Shown one piece after another: positions 14,273-23,782 of a stretch of DNA of 32,000 nucleotides. The position numbers and the translations under genes are program-made. Numbering within the stretch: position 1 is the first letter of the stretch; each line of letters starts with the position of its first letter. This DNA comes from Crocosphaera subtropica ATCC 51142 (GTDB taxonomy: Bacteria; Cyanobacteriota; Cyanobacteriia; Cyanobacteriales; Microcystaceae). The stretch covers positions 30,001-62,000 of the forward strand of contig NC_010546.1 of the NCBI RefSeq assembly GCF_000017845.1, read 5' to 3'. Under the pieces are notes generated by a model. That model saw only the letters and a list, made by a program, of their open reading frames with translations. It was not told the DNA's origin and searched no databases.

Positions 14273-16723
14273 ATGAAAACGCTACAATTGTTAAAACGAA
14301 ATCTAGAGAAATTGCGACAACAGTATAAAAACGGTCGTCGTTCCCCTCTGCACGAAGCTCAAAGTCTGTCCAAGAAAGCCCCTTCTCAACGGCCTCATCA
14401 GTCCGACTGGTTAACCAAATTACATAAATCGAAGCCTATCCGCCAACTTCACCCACCCTTAATGTGGGGACTGACGGTCATTTCTTTAACCAGTGTTATT
14501 GGTTATCGTTTCTATAACCAACCTCAACTATCGGTAGGCACCGTTTCTCCTGTAAAAGTGGTGGCCCCAAAAGATGGAACCTTTGAAGATGAAAAAACCA
14601 CTGAAGAAAAGCGCAAAGAAGTTCGCACCGGCATTATTCCTATCTTACAAAGAGATTCTCAACTCACCACTCAACTCAAAGGAGAATTAACAAAAACCAT
14701 TACCGAAATTAGACAATTCCGTCAGCAAGTAGGGGCTTTTCCTTTTATCAGTGTATCCTCAATCCCTCTGAAGACTCAACAGTATTTGCGTAGTGTTGAT
14801 GAGAAAACTTGGCAAATCATTCGCTCAACCCTAGTCAATAATAATTCCGAAACAGCCGATAACCTTCAACCTCAAACTCAAGAGGCGATTACCCAATTAA
14901 ACAGTTACGAAAACACCACATCATCCACAACCCTCAAAGGCCTTTTAGACACTATCGAACAATCTCGTCAACGTTACCATGCAGCTAAACGAGAAGTCTT
15001 AAACGCTAAAACATCTAATCTGACACCAGAGTTATTAGGGACATTTCTTAACCTCGACGATAACACTTGGCAAACCACAGAAAAAACCCTAAACATTACC
15101 TCAAATCGCATTTTATTGCAGGGATTACCCCCTGGAATGCCAGATTATTTACTTAACGAAATTATTAAAAATCAGCTAGAATCGACAGCTGCATCGGTTC
15201 CCCAAACTGCAATCACTGATTTGTTGATGAAAATTCTACAAAATAAACATAATTTGACAGTAGATAAAGAAGCCACTAAACAAAGGGCTGAACAGGCAGC
15301 CCAAGCAGTAGAACCGGTGATTGTCGAAGTTAAAGCAGGGGATGTCATCGTTGAAGCAGGGGAAAAAATTACCCAAGAAGAATTTGTTCTACTTGATAGT
15401 TTTAAACTCAGTCGTCGGGGCATTAATTGGGTTGGGTTGGGCATTTCTGCCGTGATAGTGATGGGAACGGTGACTATTTTTTGTGTGGTAAGTCATAAAG
15501 TTCATCGCCCTATGCGTCGCCGAGATCACATCCTCCTCTGTATGTTGAGTTTGAGTACCCCCCTATTAGCCATTTTCAATCTCGGTTACACCAATTTACC
15601 GGCAGTGGGACTGCTTACCAGTAGTTTTTATGGGCCGACCTTGGCTATCACTCAAGTGGTCTTATTAAGTGGGTTATCTACTTTTGCGGCTACCACAATT
15701 AACTGGAGTTATGTCCTAGCCGGAACCGCCGGGGGACTACTGGCCGCTTCTGTGGCCTGGAAACTGCGATCGCGGGATGAATTGGCCTGTTTAGGGGGTG
15801 TGGTGGGACTGGTACAAGGAAGTCTTTACTTTATTGGTTATCTTATTGTTGCCCCCGTGGCCGGTACCATTTGGTCGATTGTCTTACCTGAAGCGATTAT
15901 TTATGGCTTATCGGGGATTGCTTGGAGTGTCATGGCTTTGGGGATTTCTCCCTATTTAGAACGTCTCTTTGATTTAGTTACCCCCATTCGTTTAGTGGAA
16001 TTGGCTAACCCTAATTGTGCTTTACTCAAACGCTTGGCCACCGAAACTCCTGGAACGTTTCAACACACTTTATTTGTGGCTTGTTTAGCCGAAGCAGCCG
16101 CCCGTGAATTACACTGTAATGTAGAGTTGATTCGAGCCGGTACTTTGTATCACGATATTGGCAAAATGCACGATCCCATGGGCTTTATTGAAAATCAAAT
16201 GGGCAATCCTAATAAACACGATGTGATCAATGATCCTTGGGTGAGTGTAGATATTATTAAAAAGCACGTTTCGGAAGGATTAGTAATGGCTAATAAATAT
16301 GGTCTTCCTAGAGTGATTCGTGATTTTATTCCTGAACATCAAGGGACTTTATTAATTTCCTATTTTTATTACCAAGCTAAGCAAGAAGCGGAACGCAATG
16401 GAACACAAATGATTGCTGAAGAAGAATTTCGTTATGCGGGTCCGATTCCTCAGTCAAGAGAAACTGGAATCGTTATGTTAGCTGATGGTTGTGAGGCTGC
16501 GTTACGTTCTCTAAAAGAGGCAACTCCAGAAACTGCTTTAGCTATGATTCAAAAGATTTTTAAGGCCCGTTGGCGAGATAATCAATTAAAAGATAGTGGG
16601 ATCAAATATGAGGAATTACCCATTATTGCTGAGGTATTTGTGAAGGTTTGGCAACAGTTTCATCATCAAAGAATTGTTTATCCAAAAGCAGCCCTAGAAC
16701 CTCAAAATAATAAGCAAGCTTAA
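14273..16723 (+). CDS. 7TM receptor with intracellular HD/HDIG phosphohydrolase domain (PgpH/YqfF-like)
   Basis: The layout is a long N-terminal extracytoplasmic region, a cluster of about 7 TM helices, and a C-terminal HD domain (FQHTLFVACLAE...GTLYHDIGK...LADGCEAA). I preferred the ATG at 14273 (MKTLQLL) over the GTG at 14174. Confidence 0.8.
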   Translation: MKTLQLLKRNLEKLRQQYKNGRRSPLHEAQSLSKKAPSQRPHQSDWLTKLHKSKPIRQLHPPLMWGLTVISLTSVIGYRFYNQPQLSVGTVSPVKVVAPKDGTFEDEKTTEEKRKEVRTGIIPILQRDSQLTTQLKGELTKTITEIRQFRQQVGAFPFISVSSIPLKTQQYLRSVDEKTWQIIRSTLVNNNSETADNLQPQTQEAITQLNSYENTTSSTTLKGLLDTIEQSRQRYHAAKREVLNAKTSNLTPELLGTFLNLDDNTWQTTEKTLNITSNRILLQGLPPGMPDYLLNEIIKNQLESTAASVPQTAITDLLMKILQNKHNLTVDKEATKQRAEQAAQAVEPVIVEVKAGDVIVEAGEKITQEEFVLLDSFKLSRRGINWVGLGISAVIVMGTVTIFCVVSHKVHRPMRRRDHILLCMLSLSTPLLAIFNLGYTNLPAVGLLTSSFYGPTLAITQVVLLSGLSTFAATTINWSYVLAGTAGGLLAASVAWKLRSRDELACLGGVVGLVQGSLYFIGYLIVAPVAGTIWSIVLPEAIIYGLSGIAWSVMALGISPYLERLFDLVTPIRLVELANPNCALLKRLATETPGTFQHTLFVACLAEAAARELHCNVELIRAGTLYHDIGKMHDPMGFIENQMGNPNKHDVINDPWVSVDIIKKHVSEGLVMANKYGLPRVIRDFIPEHQGTLLISYFYYQAKQEAERNGTQMIAEEEFRYAGPIPQSRETGIVMLADGCEAALRSLKEATPETALAMIQKIFKARWRDNQLKDSGIKYEELPIIAEVFVKVWQQFHHQRIVYPKAALEPQNNKQA

Positions 16724-16760
16724 TGTTTAATAGATTGTTTAATTGGTTGATTTTTTTATT

Positions 16761-17918
16761 ATGTATCGTTATATAATTGTTAGCTTACTTTTCCCCTTTG
16801 TTACTGCTTGTAGTAGTATTAGTGACTTAGAAAATCGTTTTTCACCTAATCCTGAATTAGCTGAAAAACAAGAAAATGTTACACAACCTACATTAGAAAT
16901 TCCCAAGAATTTTCCTAATATAATCCCTCAATATGATAATTCAAAATTACAAGAAATTTCCGATAATTTAACTAATAAGCAAGGCTTAATTCGCTGGTCA
17001 TCTTCTGATTCTATTGATCAAATTAGTAAGTTTTATCAAGAAGAATTTAATAATAATAACTGGGAAATTAGTCAATCCTTCAATCCAGAAAATAATACAT
17101 TAATTGCTCAAAAAGACGGATTAGAAGTACAATTATCCTTTCTTTCTGCTAGTAATGGTAATACTGATTATTCTATTCGTTATCAAACTTTAACCGATTC
17201 AACGGCATCAAACACTGAAGAAAAAAACACCTCTTCCCAGACGAAAAATGATGATAGTGTTAATCTAAACAACGTCCCTGAATCATTACAATCATACGTC
17301 AAAGATGTTCGTCAGTTAGGGACAGTCAACTTGAGTAATACTAATAATAAAACCGTCAATGAAAGCGGTATAATTAATCGTCGAACCTATGCACGATGGT
17401 TAGTCGAAACCTATAATAAATTTTATGAAAATACCCCCGCAAAACAAATTAGATTAGGGGTTGAAACTTCTCAACCTGCTTTTTCTGATGTTTCGAGTAA
17501 TGACCCCGACTTTGCGGTTATTCAAGGGTTAGCAGAAGCAGGAATTATTCCGTCTCCCTTAACAGGAAATAGTAGTGCCTCTTTATTCCGTCCGAATAAC
17601 CCTTTAACCAGAGAAGATTTAGTTACCTGGAAAGTTCCTTTAGACATGGGAAAAGGATTACCACAAGCTTCTATTGATAATATCAAAGAAACCTGGGGTT
17701 TTCAAGATACAACGAAAATAGATACAAAAGCTATACAAGCATTATACGCAGACTTTCAAAATGGCGAACAATCTAATGTTAGGCGTGTCTTCGGTTATAC
17801 GACACTGTTTCAACCCGACAAAGGAGTAACTTTAGCTGAAGCGGCCGCTAGTTTATGGTACTTTGGATATCAAGGGGATGGACTTTCGGCTGAAGATGTC
17901 TTATCTATCAATAATTAA
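16761..17918 (+). CDS. Lipoprotein with C-terminal SLH-like domain
   Basis: The signal peptide has a lipobox (LLFPFVTAC-SS). The SLH-like segment is FSDVSSNDPDFAVIQGLAEAGII...LTREDLVTW. The ATG at 16761 was chosen. Confidence 0.7.
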   Translation: MYRYIIVSLLFPFVTACSSISDLENRFSPNPELAEKQENVTQPTLEIPKNFPNIIPQYDNSKLQEISDNLTNKQGLIRWSSSDSIDQISKFYQEEFNNNNWEISQSFNPENNTLIAQKDGLEVQLSFLSASNGNTDYSIRYQTLTDSTASNTEEKNTSSQTKNDDSVNLNNVPESLQSYVKDVRQLGTVNLSNTNNKTVNESGIINRRTYARWLVETYNKFYENTPAKQIRLGVETSQPAFSDVSSNDPDFAVIQGLAEAGIIPSPLTGNSSASLFRPNNPLTREDLVTWKVPLDMGKGLPQASIDNIKETWGFQDTTKIDTKAIQALYADFQNGEQSNVRRVFGYTTLFQPDKGVTLAEAAASLWYFGYQGDGLSAEDVLSINN

Positions 17919-17939
17919 TAATTTTGTTTTCAACATTTT

Positions 17940-19280
17940 ATGTCCGATATTCGAGAATCATTTATTCCTTTTCGTCGTACAGATATCATTGATCTCTGTC
18001 TTCAAGATGGTAAACTGCAAGGGAAGGATGTTCAATTATTTCAAGATTTTTGTGATCTCCTAGCTGCTTTTTTTCATTTTCGTTTTCATTATACATTAGA
18101 AGAAATCAAAGATAACTATACTGTTTTTAATCCTAATTCTGATGTTCAAACTTTACAAAACCCTAGTTTAGAACAGTATGAAGAGATGGAAAATAACGTG
18201 TTGCAAGGGTTTAAATATATCTTAGAAAGAGCAAATTATATTCAACTTCCTGATGAAATAATTCAGAAATCTTTGCAGGAAAAATCCTTGATTAATCTAC
18301 AAACAGATGTTGATTTTGATGATTTTGACCAGTTATATTGTTATTATCGGGGAGATATTGATAAAATAATTACCCTAAAAAAATTTAAGGTTTTTGAGCA
18401 AGAGAAAATTATCGATATTTTAGAAAGAGTTGTCTTACTAATTAAGTTTAAAGGTTCAGGATATTTTCAAGCAAAAGCCAAAAAGAATAAAAAATATCAA
18501 GACCTTAACTTTACCCCAGGAAAAATGTATCTTTATTTTTATAAAAATATACCAAAACTCGATCTTGATCTGCTTTTTCCTAATATTAAAACTAGCATGA
18601 CATGGAAAGATAAATTACTGTTTGGGGTTCCTGCGATCGGTGCAGCCGTTCCTTTAGTCGTTCGAGCAATTCCCAATATTCTATTAATTATTGTTGCTAT
18701 TTTGCTTTTACTTAAAGCAGATTCTGTTGTAGACTCTATCGAAGTTGATCAAAGAAAAGTTCGTGATATTATGCCAATTTTAGTAGCAACTTTATCCTTA
18801 ACGATGACATTAGGAGGATTTGCTGTTAAACAATATACGAAATACAAAAGTAAAGAAATTAAGTTTCAAAAAGAGGTAAGTGATACCTTATTTTTTAAGA
18901 ATTTAGCTAATAATTCTAGTGTATTTCAAGCATTAGTTGATATTGCAGAAGAAGAAGAATGTAAAGAAATTATTTTAGTTTATTATCATTTATTAACCAG
19001 TCAAGAGAAATTAACCCCTGAAAACTTAGACCATATAATTGAACAATGGATGATGGAAAAATTGGGCATTCACATAGACTTTGATATTCACGGCCCTTTA
19101 AATAATTTAGAAAAAATCAGAGGAAAAATTGTTTATGAAGATAACAATGAAGAGCAAATCAAAGAAGTTCCTCTTTTATCTTACGATCAGCAAGGAAATA
19201 TCAATATTTTATCCCTAGAACAATCAAAAATGATTTTAGACTATGTTTGGGATAATGCTTTTCAATACAATGGATGTTAA
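17940..19280 (+). CDS. Conserved hypothetical membrane protein (two central TM helices; possibly DUF3754/TMEM143-like)
   Basis: 446-aa ORF lying 21 nt after the preceding gene. The TM segments are LLFGVPAIGAAVPLVV...LLIIVAILLLL and ILVATLSLTMTLGGFAV. The family assignment is from memory only. Confidence 0.65.
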   Translation: MSDIRESFIPFRRTDIIDLCLQDGKLQGKDVQLFQDFCDLLAAFFHFRFHYTLEEIKDNYTVFNPNSDVQTLQNPSLEQYEEMENNVLQGFKYILERANYIQLPDEIIQKSLQEKSLINLQTDVDFDDFDQLYCYYRGDIDKIITLKKFKVFEQEKIIDILERVVLLIKFKGSGYFQAKAKKNKKYQDLNFTPGKMYLYFYKNIPKLDLDLLFPNIKTSMTWKDKLLFGVPAIGAAVPLVVRAIPNILLIIVAILLLLKADSVVDSIEVDQRKVRDIMPILVATLSLTMTLGGFAVKQYTKYKSKEIKFQKEVSDTLFFKNLANNSSVFQALVDIAEEEECKEIILVYYHLLTSQEKLTPENLDHIIEQWMMEKLGIHIDFDIHGPLNNLEKIRGKIVYEDNNEEQIKEVPLLSYDQQGNINILSLEQSKMILDYVWDNAFQYNGC

Positions 19281-19387
19281 ATTGATAATTACTAATATTA
19301 ATTGGTGAGACTGGCCTTAAAATAAAAATAGTCCCCTGGAATTCACCAAGGAGACATCTAGAAACTAACTAATTTGATGGTAACACG

Positions 19388-19675
19388 ATGACAGAAGATA
19401 GATTAACCCGAATTGAAAAGATTGTCGAATCTAATGCTAAATCCATTGAAGCGTTAAGTGATGCTGTAGCACAAGATCGAAAAGAAAGAGCGCAGGAGCG
19501 AAAAGAATGGGCGCAGGATCGCCGCCGTATTTTTGAGTGGATGGCTAGATTATCAGCCGCACAAAGAGACTTTTATGAAGTTCAAGCTGATTATATTCGT
19601 CATATTGAGGAGATAGAGGATCGCTTAGCGCAAATCCTTGATCGCTTAACTCCCCAAAACGAGGATCAACCGTAA
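19388..19675 (+). CDS. Hypothetical small coiled-coil protein
   Basis: 95-aa ORF, charged and helical (RKERAQERKEWAQDRRR). I recognise no family. Confidence 0.5.
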   Translation: MTEDRLTRIEKIVESNAKSIEALSDAVAQDRKERAQERKEWAQDRRRIFEWMARLSAAQRDFYEVQADYIRHIEEIEDRLAQILDRLTPQNEDQP

Positions 19676-19745
19676 CTATTTTTAGGGTGGCCATTACGCC
19701 ATCCTTGATGATGCAAGAGTTTAGTTATAAGATTGTATGAAAATC

Positions 19746-20306
19746 TTAATAATTTAAAAAATAGTTACGCCCCGTGTACCGACTTGCTATATCTGATAAG
19801 ACTTCATTTACTAAACTATCATCATATCCAGGTGTGAAAAACTCAGTTATAGCTTCATTTAGTCTATGTTTTTCAGGATCATGATATTTCGCAGTCATAT
19901 ACTTATCATAATTACTATATTGACATTTCTCGATAGTTAAACATTTATTTTTTGACAAAAAACTTTCTAGCTCATGAAAAACTTTTAAACACTCTTCTAA
20001 GTATTCTTCCCATTCCAAAACATAATAAATTTCTTCATCACCAAAATAATTAATATCATATTCCAAGCGAACTAGATCATAACACAACGTTTTTAAAACA
20101 TTATACACTACATAATCAGAATAAGCAGATATCCTTTGATAAAAATCAGACAATGATTTTATCTTTAATAAGGAATTACGGCCATTTGGTTTATGTGCTG
20201 GAGAATTTACGGTTCCAGAGAATTTTGACGATCCGTTACCAAAGGATATTTTAAACGCATTTGAATAATACAAACCGATATTAAGTAGGTAGGTGTAATT
20301 AAACAC
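19746..20306 (-). CDS. Hypothetical orphan protein (GTG start, Tyr-rich and very AT-rich)
   Basis: 186-aa ORF with no ATG near its 5' end and no recognisable motifs. Its composition is visibly more AT-rich than its neighbours. Confidence 0.4.
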   Translation of the reverse strand: MFNYTYLLNIGLYYSNAFKISFGNGSSKFSGTVNSPAHKPNGRNSLLKIKSLSDFYQRISAYSDYVVYNVLKTLCYDLVRLEYDINYFGDEEIYYVLEWEEYLEECLKVFHELESFLSKNKCLTIEKCQYSNYDKYMTAKYHDPEKHRLNEAITEFFTPGYDDSLVNEVLSDIASRYTGRNYFLNY

Positions 20307-20325
20307 AAAATAGAAAAGTCCGTAG

Positions 20326-20343
20326 TGAAGGCTTTAGCCTTCA
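20326..20343 (-). terminator. Hairpin downstream of the permease gene (candidate terminator or dispersed-repeat hairpin)
   Basis: TGAAGGC-TTTA-GCCTTCA forms a 7-bp stem. On the minus strand it is followed by CTACGGACTTTTCTATTTT, so the T-rich tract is not immediately adjacent. Confidence 0.3.
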
Positions 20344-20402
20344 TTCTGACTGGTTTTCTTGTCCTAAAGGACGTACTACCAACATTTGTATCTACCTAAT
20401 TA

Positions 20403-21389
20403 TCAACTAATATAAAAGTTAAGAACTAAACCCAAAACTAAAATTAATTGTGCTGTCAAAATAAATATATAACTCGCAAATTTAATCCGTATAATTCCCA
20501 ACAACAAAATTAAACTAGAAATGTTAAACAGAGAATTTAATAGTAAAAAAACGAAAGCAGAACCATATAAAACAGAAGATAAAACAGGGGTTAAAAAATA
20601 AGCTGAGCCAAGAGAATTAAGAGATAAAAGTAACCCAAACACTATCATAATTAATATCTGGTTCAAAGGATTTTCTCCCCATTGAAACAGTTGTGCTTGA
20701 GGTAGAAAAAATTGACAAGTTGTAGAGATCGCAACCCCAACTGTAAGAATACTGCCTAATTCAATAAACTCTTTAATTATATTCTCAACAAATAGTGATA
20801 ATTGTTGCCATATATTCCCAGAGGTTCTAATATTACCTTGATATTCGTAAATTAAATTACCAGCACGATGAAACGGTTGAAACTCCTCTGAAGGTGCTAA
20901 AATAGTACCCGAATGAACTAAAGTAGAACGGCTTTGCAGAACAGAAGATGACTCATTAATTATGACAGATTTTTCTGGGTAGGCACTAAAAATTAAACCT
21001 ACTATAATAGCGATCAGCCAAGCCCCCAAAATTCTTAAAAAGACCAATCTAGGATGGTCTCCTAAAACTTCCCAACTATTACTAATTACAAACGGGTTAA
21101 CGGTAGGGGAAGCAATAAGGAAGCTAATACATAACGGAATGGGTAGACCTTGCAACAATAACCGTCTAACTATAGGAAGATTCCCATATTGTCCTAGGGG
21201 AAGCAAAAACCCCAAACTACTGCCGATAATGACTGCTAGAATACGAGTACGGGGTAATTTAGCAACTAATTGATGTTCATCAATAAACACTAATAACCCA
21301 CTAGAAACCACAATACCCAAAAGAAGAAAAGGTAAAGAGATTAACAGGTTACTGATAAATAAGGTATAGATATAATTCAGTTGGGACAT
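20403..21389 (-). CDS. Predicted permease (UPF0718 / ArsP_1-like multi-pass membrane protein)
   Basis: Highly hydrophobic with about 8 or more TM helices. The N-terminal LLLGIVVSSGLLVFI and ASPTVNP motifs resemble the DUF318 permease family. The ATG at 21389 (MSQLNYIY) is preferred. Confidence 0.65.
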   Translation of the reverse strand: MSQLNYIYTLFISNLLISLPFLLLGIVVSSGLLVFIDEHQLVAKLPRTRILAVIIGSSLGFLLPLGQYGNLPIVRRLLLQGLPIPLCISFLIASPTVNPFVISNSWEVLGDHPRLVFLRILGAWLIAIIVGLIFSAYPEKSVIINESSSVLQSRSTLVHSGTILAPSEEFQPFHRAGNLIYEYQGNIRTSGNIWQQLSLFVENIIKEFIELGSILTVGVAISTTCQFFLPQAQLFQWGENPLNQILIMIVFGLLLSLNSLGSAYFLTPVLSSVLYGSAFVFLLLNSLFNISSLILLLGIIRIKFASYIFILTAQLILVLGLVLNFYIS

Positions 21390-21400
21390 ATTTAAAAAGT

Positions 21401-21428
21401 GATAATTGATAATTGATAATTGATAACT
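21401..21428. repeat. Heptamer tandem array (GATAATT x3 + GATAACT)
   Basis: Read directly, with period 7. It ends 12 nt upstream of the permease ATG at 21389 on the minus strand. Confidence 0.9.
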
Positions 21429-21514
21429 CTTTTTTGAGAAAATTACCAATAATATCAAGGATGATGTTTATCATCAACTCAGGGAATAATCCTATACACT
21501 TTTTAGGAGAAACG

Positions 21515-22972
21515 TCAAGACAATTTTTTAGCATTGGCTGCTTCTCCACAGGTTCGAGGAGTAGGAAAAAGTTTACCAGGGTTGGCTAAATTATCAGGGT
21601 TAAACACTTGTCTTACCCACTGCATAGTTTCGATATCAATTTCATTAAACATATAGGACATATATTCATTTTTATCGGAACCGATGCCATGTTCTCCCGA
21701 TAAACTTCCTCCTAATTCTACACAGAGTTTGAGAATTTCTCCTCCTAATTTTTCCACTTCTTCCCATTGTCCCGGAATGGAATTATCATACAAAATTAAA
21801 GGATGTAAGTTACCGTCTCCTGCGTGGAAAACATTGGCAATACGATAACCGTGTTCTGCTCCTAACTGCTCAATTTTTTCGAGAACATTTGCCAGTTGGG
21901 TACGGGGAACCACTCCATCTTGAACAAAATAATCAGGACTAATATTACCAGCGGCAGCGAAGGCTGCTTTTCTTCCTTTCCACAGTTTTAAACGGGTTTC
22001 TAAATCATTAGCTGTGGTAATTTCTCTTGATCCATTTTTGCGACAAATCTCAGCAACTTTTTCTTTATAAGCTGCCACTTCAACAGATAACCCATCTAAC
22101 TCGACTAATAAAATGGCGGCTGCATCCCGTGGATAACAATTGGTTTTAACTGTATCTTCTACTGCATTAATACAGAAATTGTCCATAATTTCCATACCAG
22201 CTGGAATCACACCAGCACTAATAATATCAGCTACCGCTTGTCCTGCCGATTCAACATTAGTAAAATCAGCTAAAACAACGCAGATAGTTTCAGGGGTTTT
22301 GAGAATTTTTAAGGTGATTTCTGTTGCTATTCCTAACGTTCCTTCTGACCCCACAAATAACCCAGTTAAGTCATACCCTGGCATTTCAGGAATGCTACCC
22401 CCAACCTCAATAATTGACCCATCAGGAATGACTAATTTTAAACCTAAAACATGATTGGTTGTCACGCCATATTTTAAACAGTGAACCCCTCCGGAATTTT
22501 CTGCCACATTACCCCCAATAGAGCAAATAATTTGACTCGAAGGGTCAGGCGCATAATAAAAACCGGCTCCACTGACGGCTTGAGTTACCCAATTATTAAT
22601 TACTCCAGGTTGCACTGTCACCCGTTGATTTTCTAAATCAATGTTGAGTATTTGTTTCATGCGAGCAGTGACAATTAAGACGCAATTTTCTACCGGTAAT
22701 GCGCCTCCTGATAGGCCGGTGCCGGCTCCTCTGGCCACCCAAGGGATTTGATAATCATGACAAATTTTAACGGCTGCGGCGACTTCTTCTGTGGTGCGAG
22801 GTAAAACCACCACTGCAGGACGTTTACGGTAAGCGGTTAACCCATCACATTCGTAGGTTAATAATTCTTCTTTACGACGAACGACCCCATCCTTACCGAT
22901 GGCTGCTTCTAAGGCTTTAATAATGGGTCGCCACTTTTTATCGGTGTCGTTAAAAATTCGATTTAATAACAT
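21515..22972 (-). CDS. glcD: Glycolate oxidase subunit GlcD / FAD-linked D-lactate-type dehydrogenase
   Basis: FAD-binding PCMH-type region (ARGAGTGLSGGALP) and C-terminal GGSLSGEHGIGSDK; 485 aa. Confidence 0.88.
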   Translation of the reverse strand: MLLNRIFNDTDKKWRPIIKALEAAIGKDGVVRRKEELLTYECDGLTAYRKRPAVVVLPRTTEEVAAAVKICHDYQIPWVARGAGTGLSGGALPVENCVLIVTARMKQILNIDLENQRVTVQPGVINNWVTQAVSGAGFYYAPDPSSQIICSIGGNVAENSGGVHCLKYGVTTNHVLGLKLVIPDGSIIEVGGSIPEMPGYDLTGLFVGSEGTLGIATEITLKILKTPETICVVLADFTNVESAGQAVADIISAGVIPAGMEIMDNFCINAVEDTVKTNCYPRDAAAILLVELDGLSVEVAAYKEKVAEICRKNGSREITTANDLETRLKLWKGRKAAFAAAGNISPDYFVQDGVVPRTQLANVLEKIEQLGAEHGYRIANVFHAGDGNLHPLILYDNSIPGQWEEVEKLGGEILKLCVELGGSLSGEHGIGSDKNEYMSYMFNEIDIETMQWVRQVFNPDNLANPGKLFPTPRTCGEAANAKKLS

Positions 22973-23132
22973 GGGGTTATGATTGATGCTTGTGTTTTAT
23001 TGTAGCTGATTTGTTTCATCTCAGGGAATGATAAGTTTTAATATATTAAAATGCTAGTAATCAAGACCATATAAGGATTACAGCCGAAAATACTAATTTG
23101 TCATCACGTCATTTAATTTGGCACTATACAAT

Positions 23133-23684
23133 ATGACTCTTCAAAAGTGGAAAATTCTCAAGTCTAACTTTATTATTGATAATCAATGGTGTCGAGTACG
23201 ACAAGATCAAGTTCAATTATCTGATGGAGCGATTATTGATGATTATTTTGTTAATGTTCGCCCCGAAATTGCGTTAATTTTACCCATTACTCCCCATCAA
23301 GAAATTGTTTTTGTTCGTCAATATCGTCACGGAGTTCAAGAGATTTTATTAGAACTTCCTGCCGGAACTTTTGACCCGAAAAAAGAGGATAGTTTCAGCG
23401 CAGCGAAACGAGAATTAGAAGAAGAAACGGGCTATATTGCTCAAGAATTAATCTTCATGACAACTATTTATGATAATCCCGTTAAAGATGATAATAAAAT
23501 CCATATTTTTGTAGGGTTAAATGTTGAAAAAACAGGAAAAGTTGCGTTAGATATCACAGAAGAGATTGAAGTGATTTTAGTTCCGATAAAAGATGTAATT
23601 GATAAAATCATGTCAGGAGATATTTGTGTCGCTGGAACCATTTCCACTATTTTTATGGGATTAGAATTTATCAATGAACAGTGA
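23133..23684 (+). CDS. NUDIX hydrolase (ADP-ribose pyrophosphatase-like)
   Basis: Nudix box GTFDPKKEDSFSAAKRELEEETGY (Gx5Ex7REUxEExGU pattern). The ATG at 23133 is preferred over the TTG at 23118. Confidence 0.85.
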   Translation: MTLQKWKILKSNFIIDNQWCRVRQDQVQLSDGAIIDDYFVNVRPEIALILPITPHQEIVFVRQYRHGVQEILLELPAGTFDPKKEDSFSAAKRELEEETGYIAQELIFMTTIYDNPVKDDNKIHIFVGLNVEKTGKVALDITEEIEVILVPIKDVIDKIMSGDICVAGTISTIFMGLEFINEQ

Positions 23685-23782
23685 TTAGTTAACAGTTAAA
23701 TAAGTTAACTATCTGAGTTTGATGTAAGGTAATTTATGGACAAGTCGACTAATCTTCAGAATTTTTCAACCCTTATTCTCTT

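Noticed and set aside
17863-18063. 66-aa plus-strand ORF spanning the junction between the SLH lipoprotein gene and the next gene
   Set aside because: It overlaps the ends of two better-supported genes in other frames, and it has no motif.
19681-19710. GGGTGGC-CATTAC-GCCATCC hairpin between the convergent genes at 19675 and 19746, as a terminator
   Set aside because: It has a 7-bp stem with one G-T pair and no T-tract on either strand. That is too weak to call.
21349-21549. 66-aa minus-strand ORF bridging the glcD stop and the permease start
   Set aside because: It overlaps the 3' end of glcD and translates the GATAATT heptamer array. It is short, and the downstream MSQLNYIY start gives a sensible membrane-protein N-terminus.
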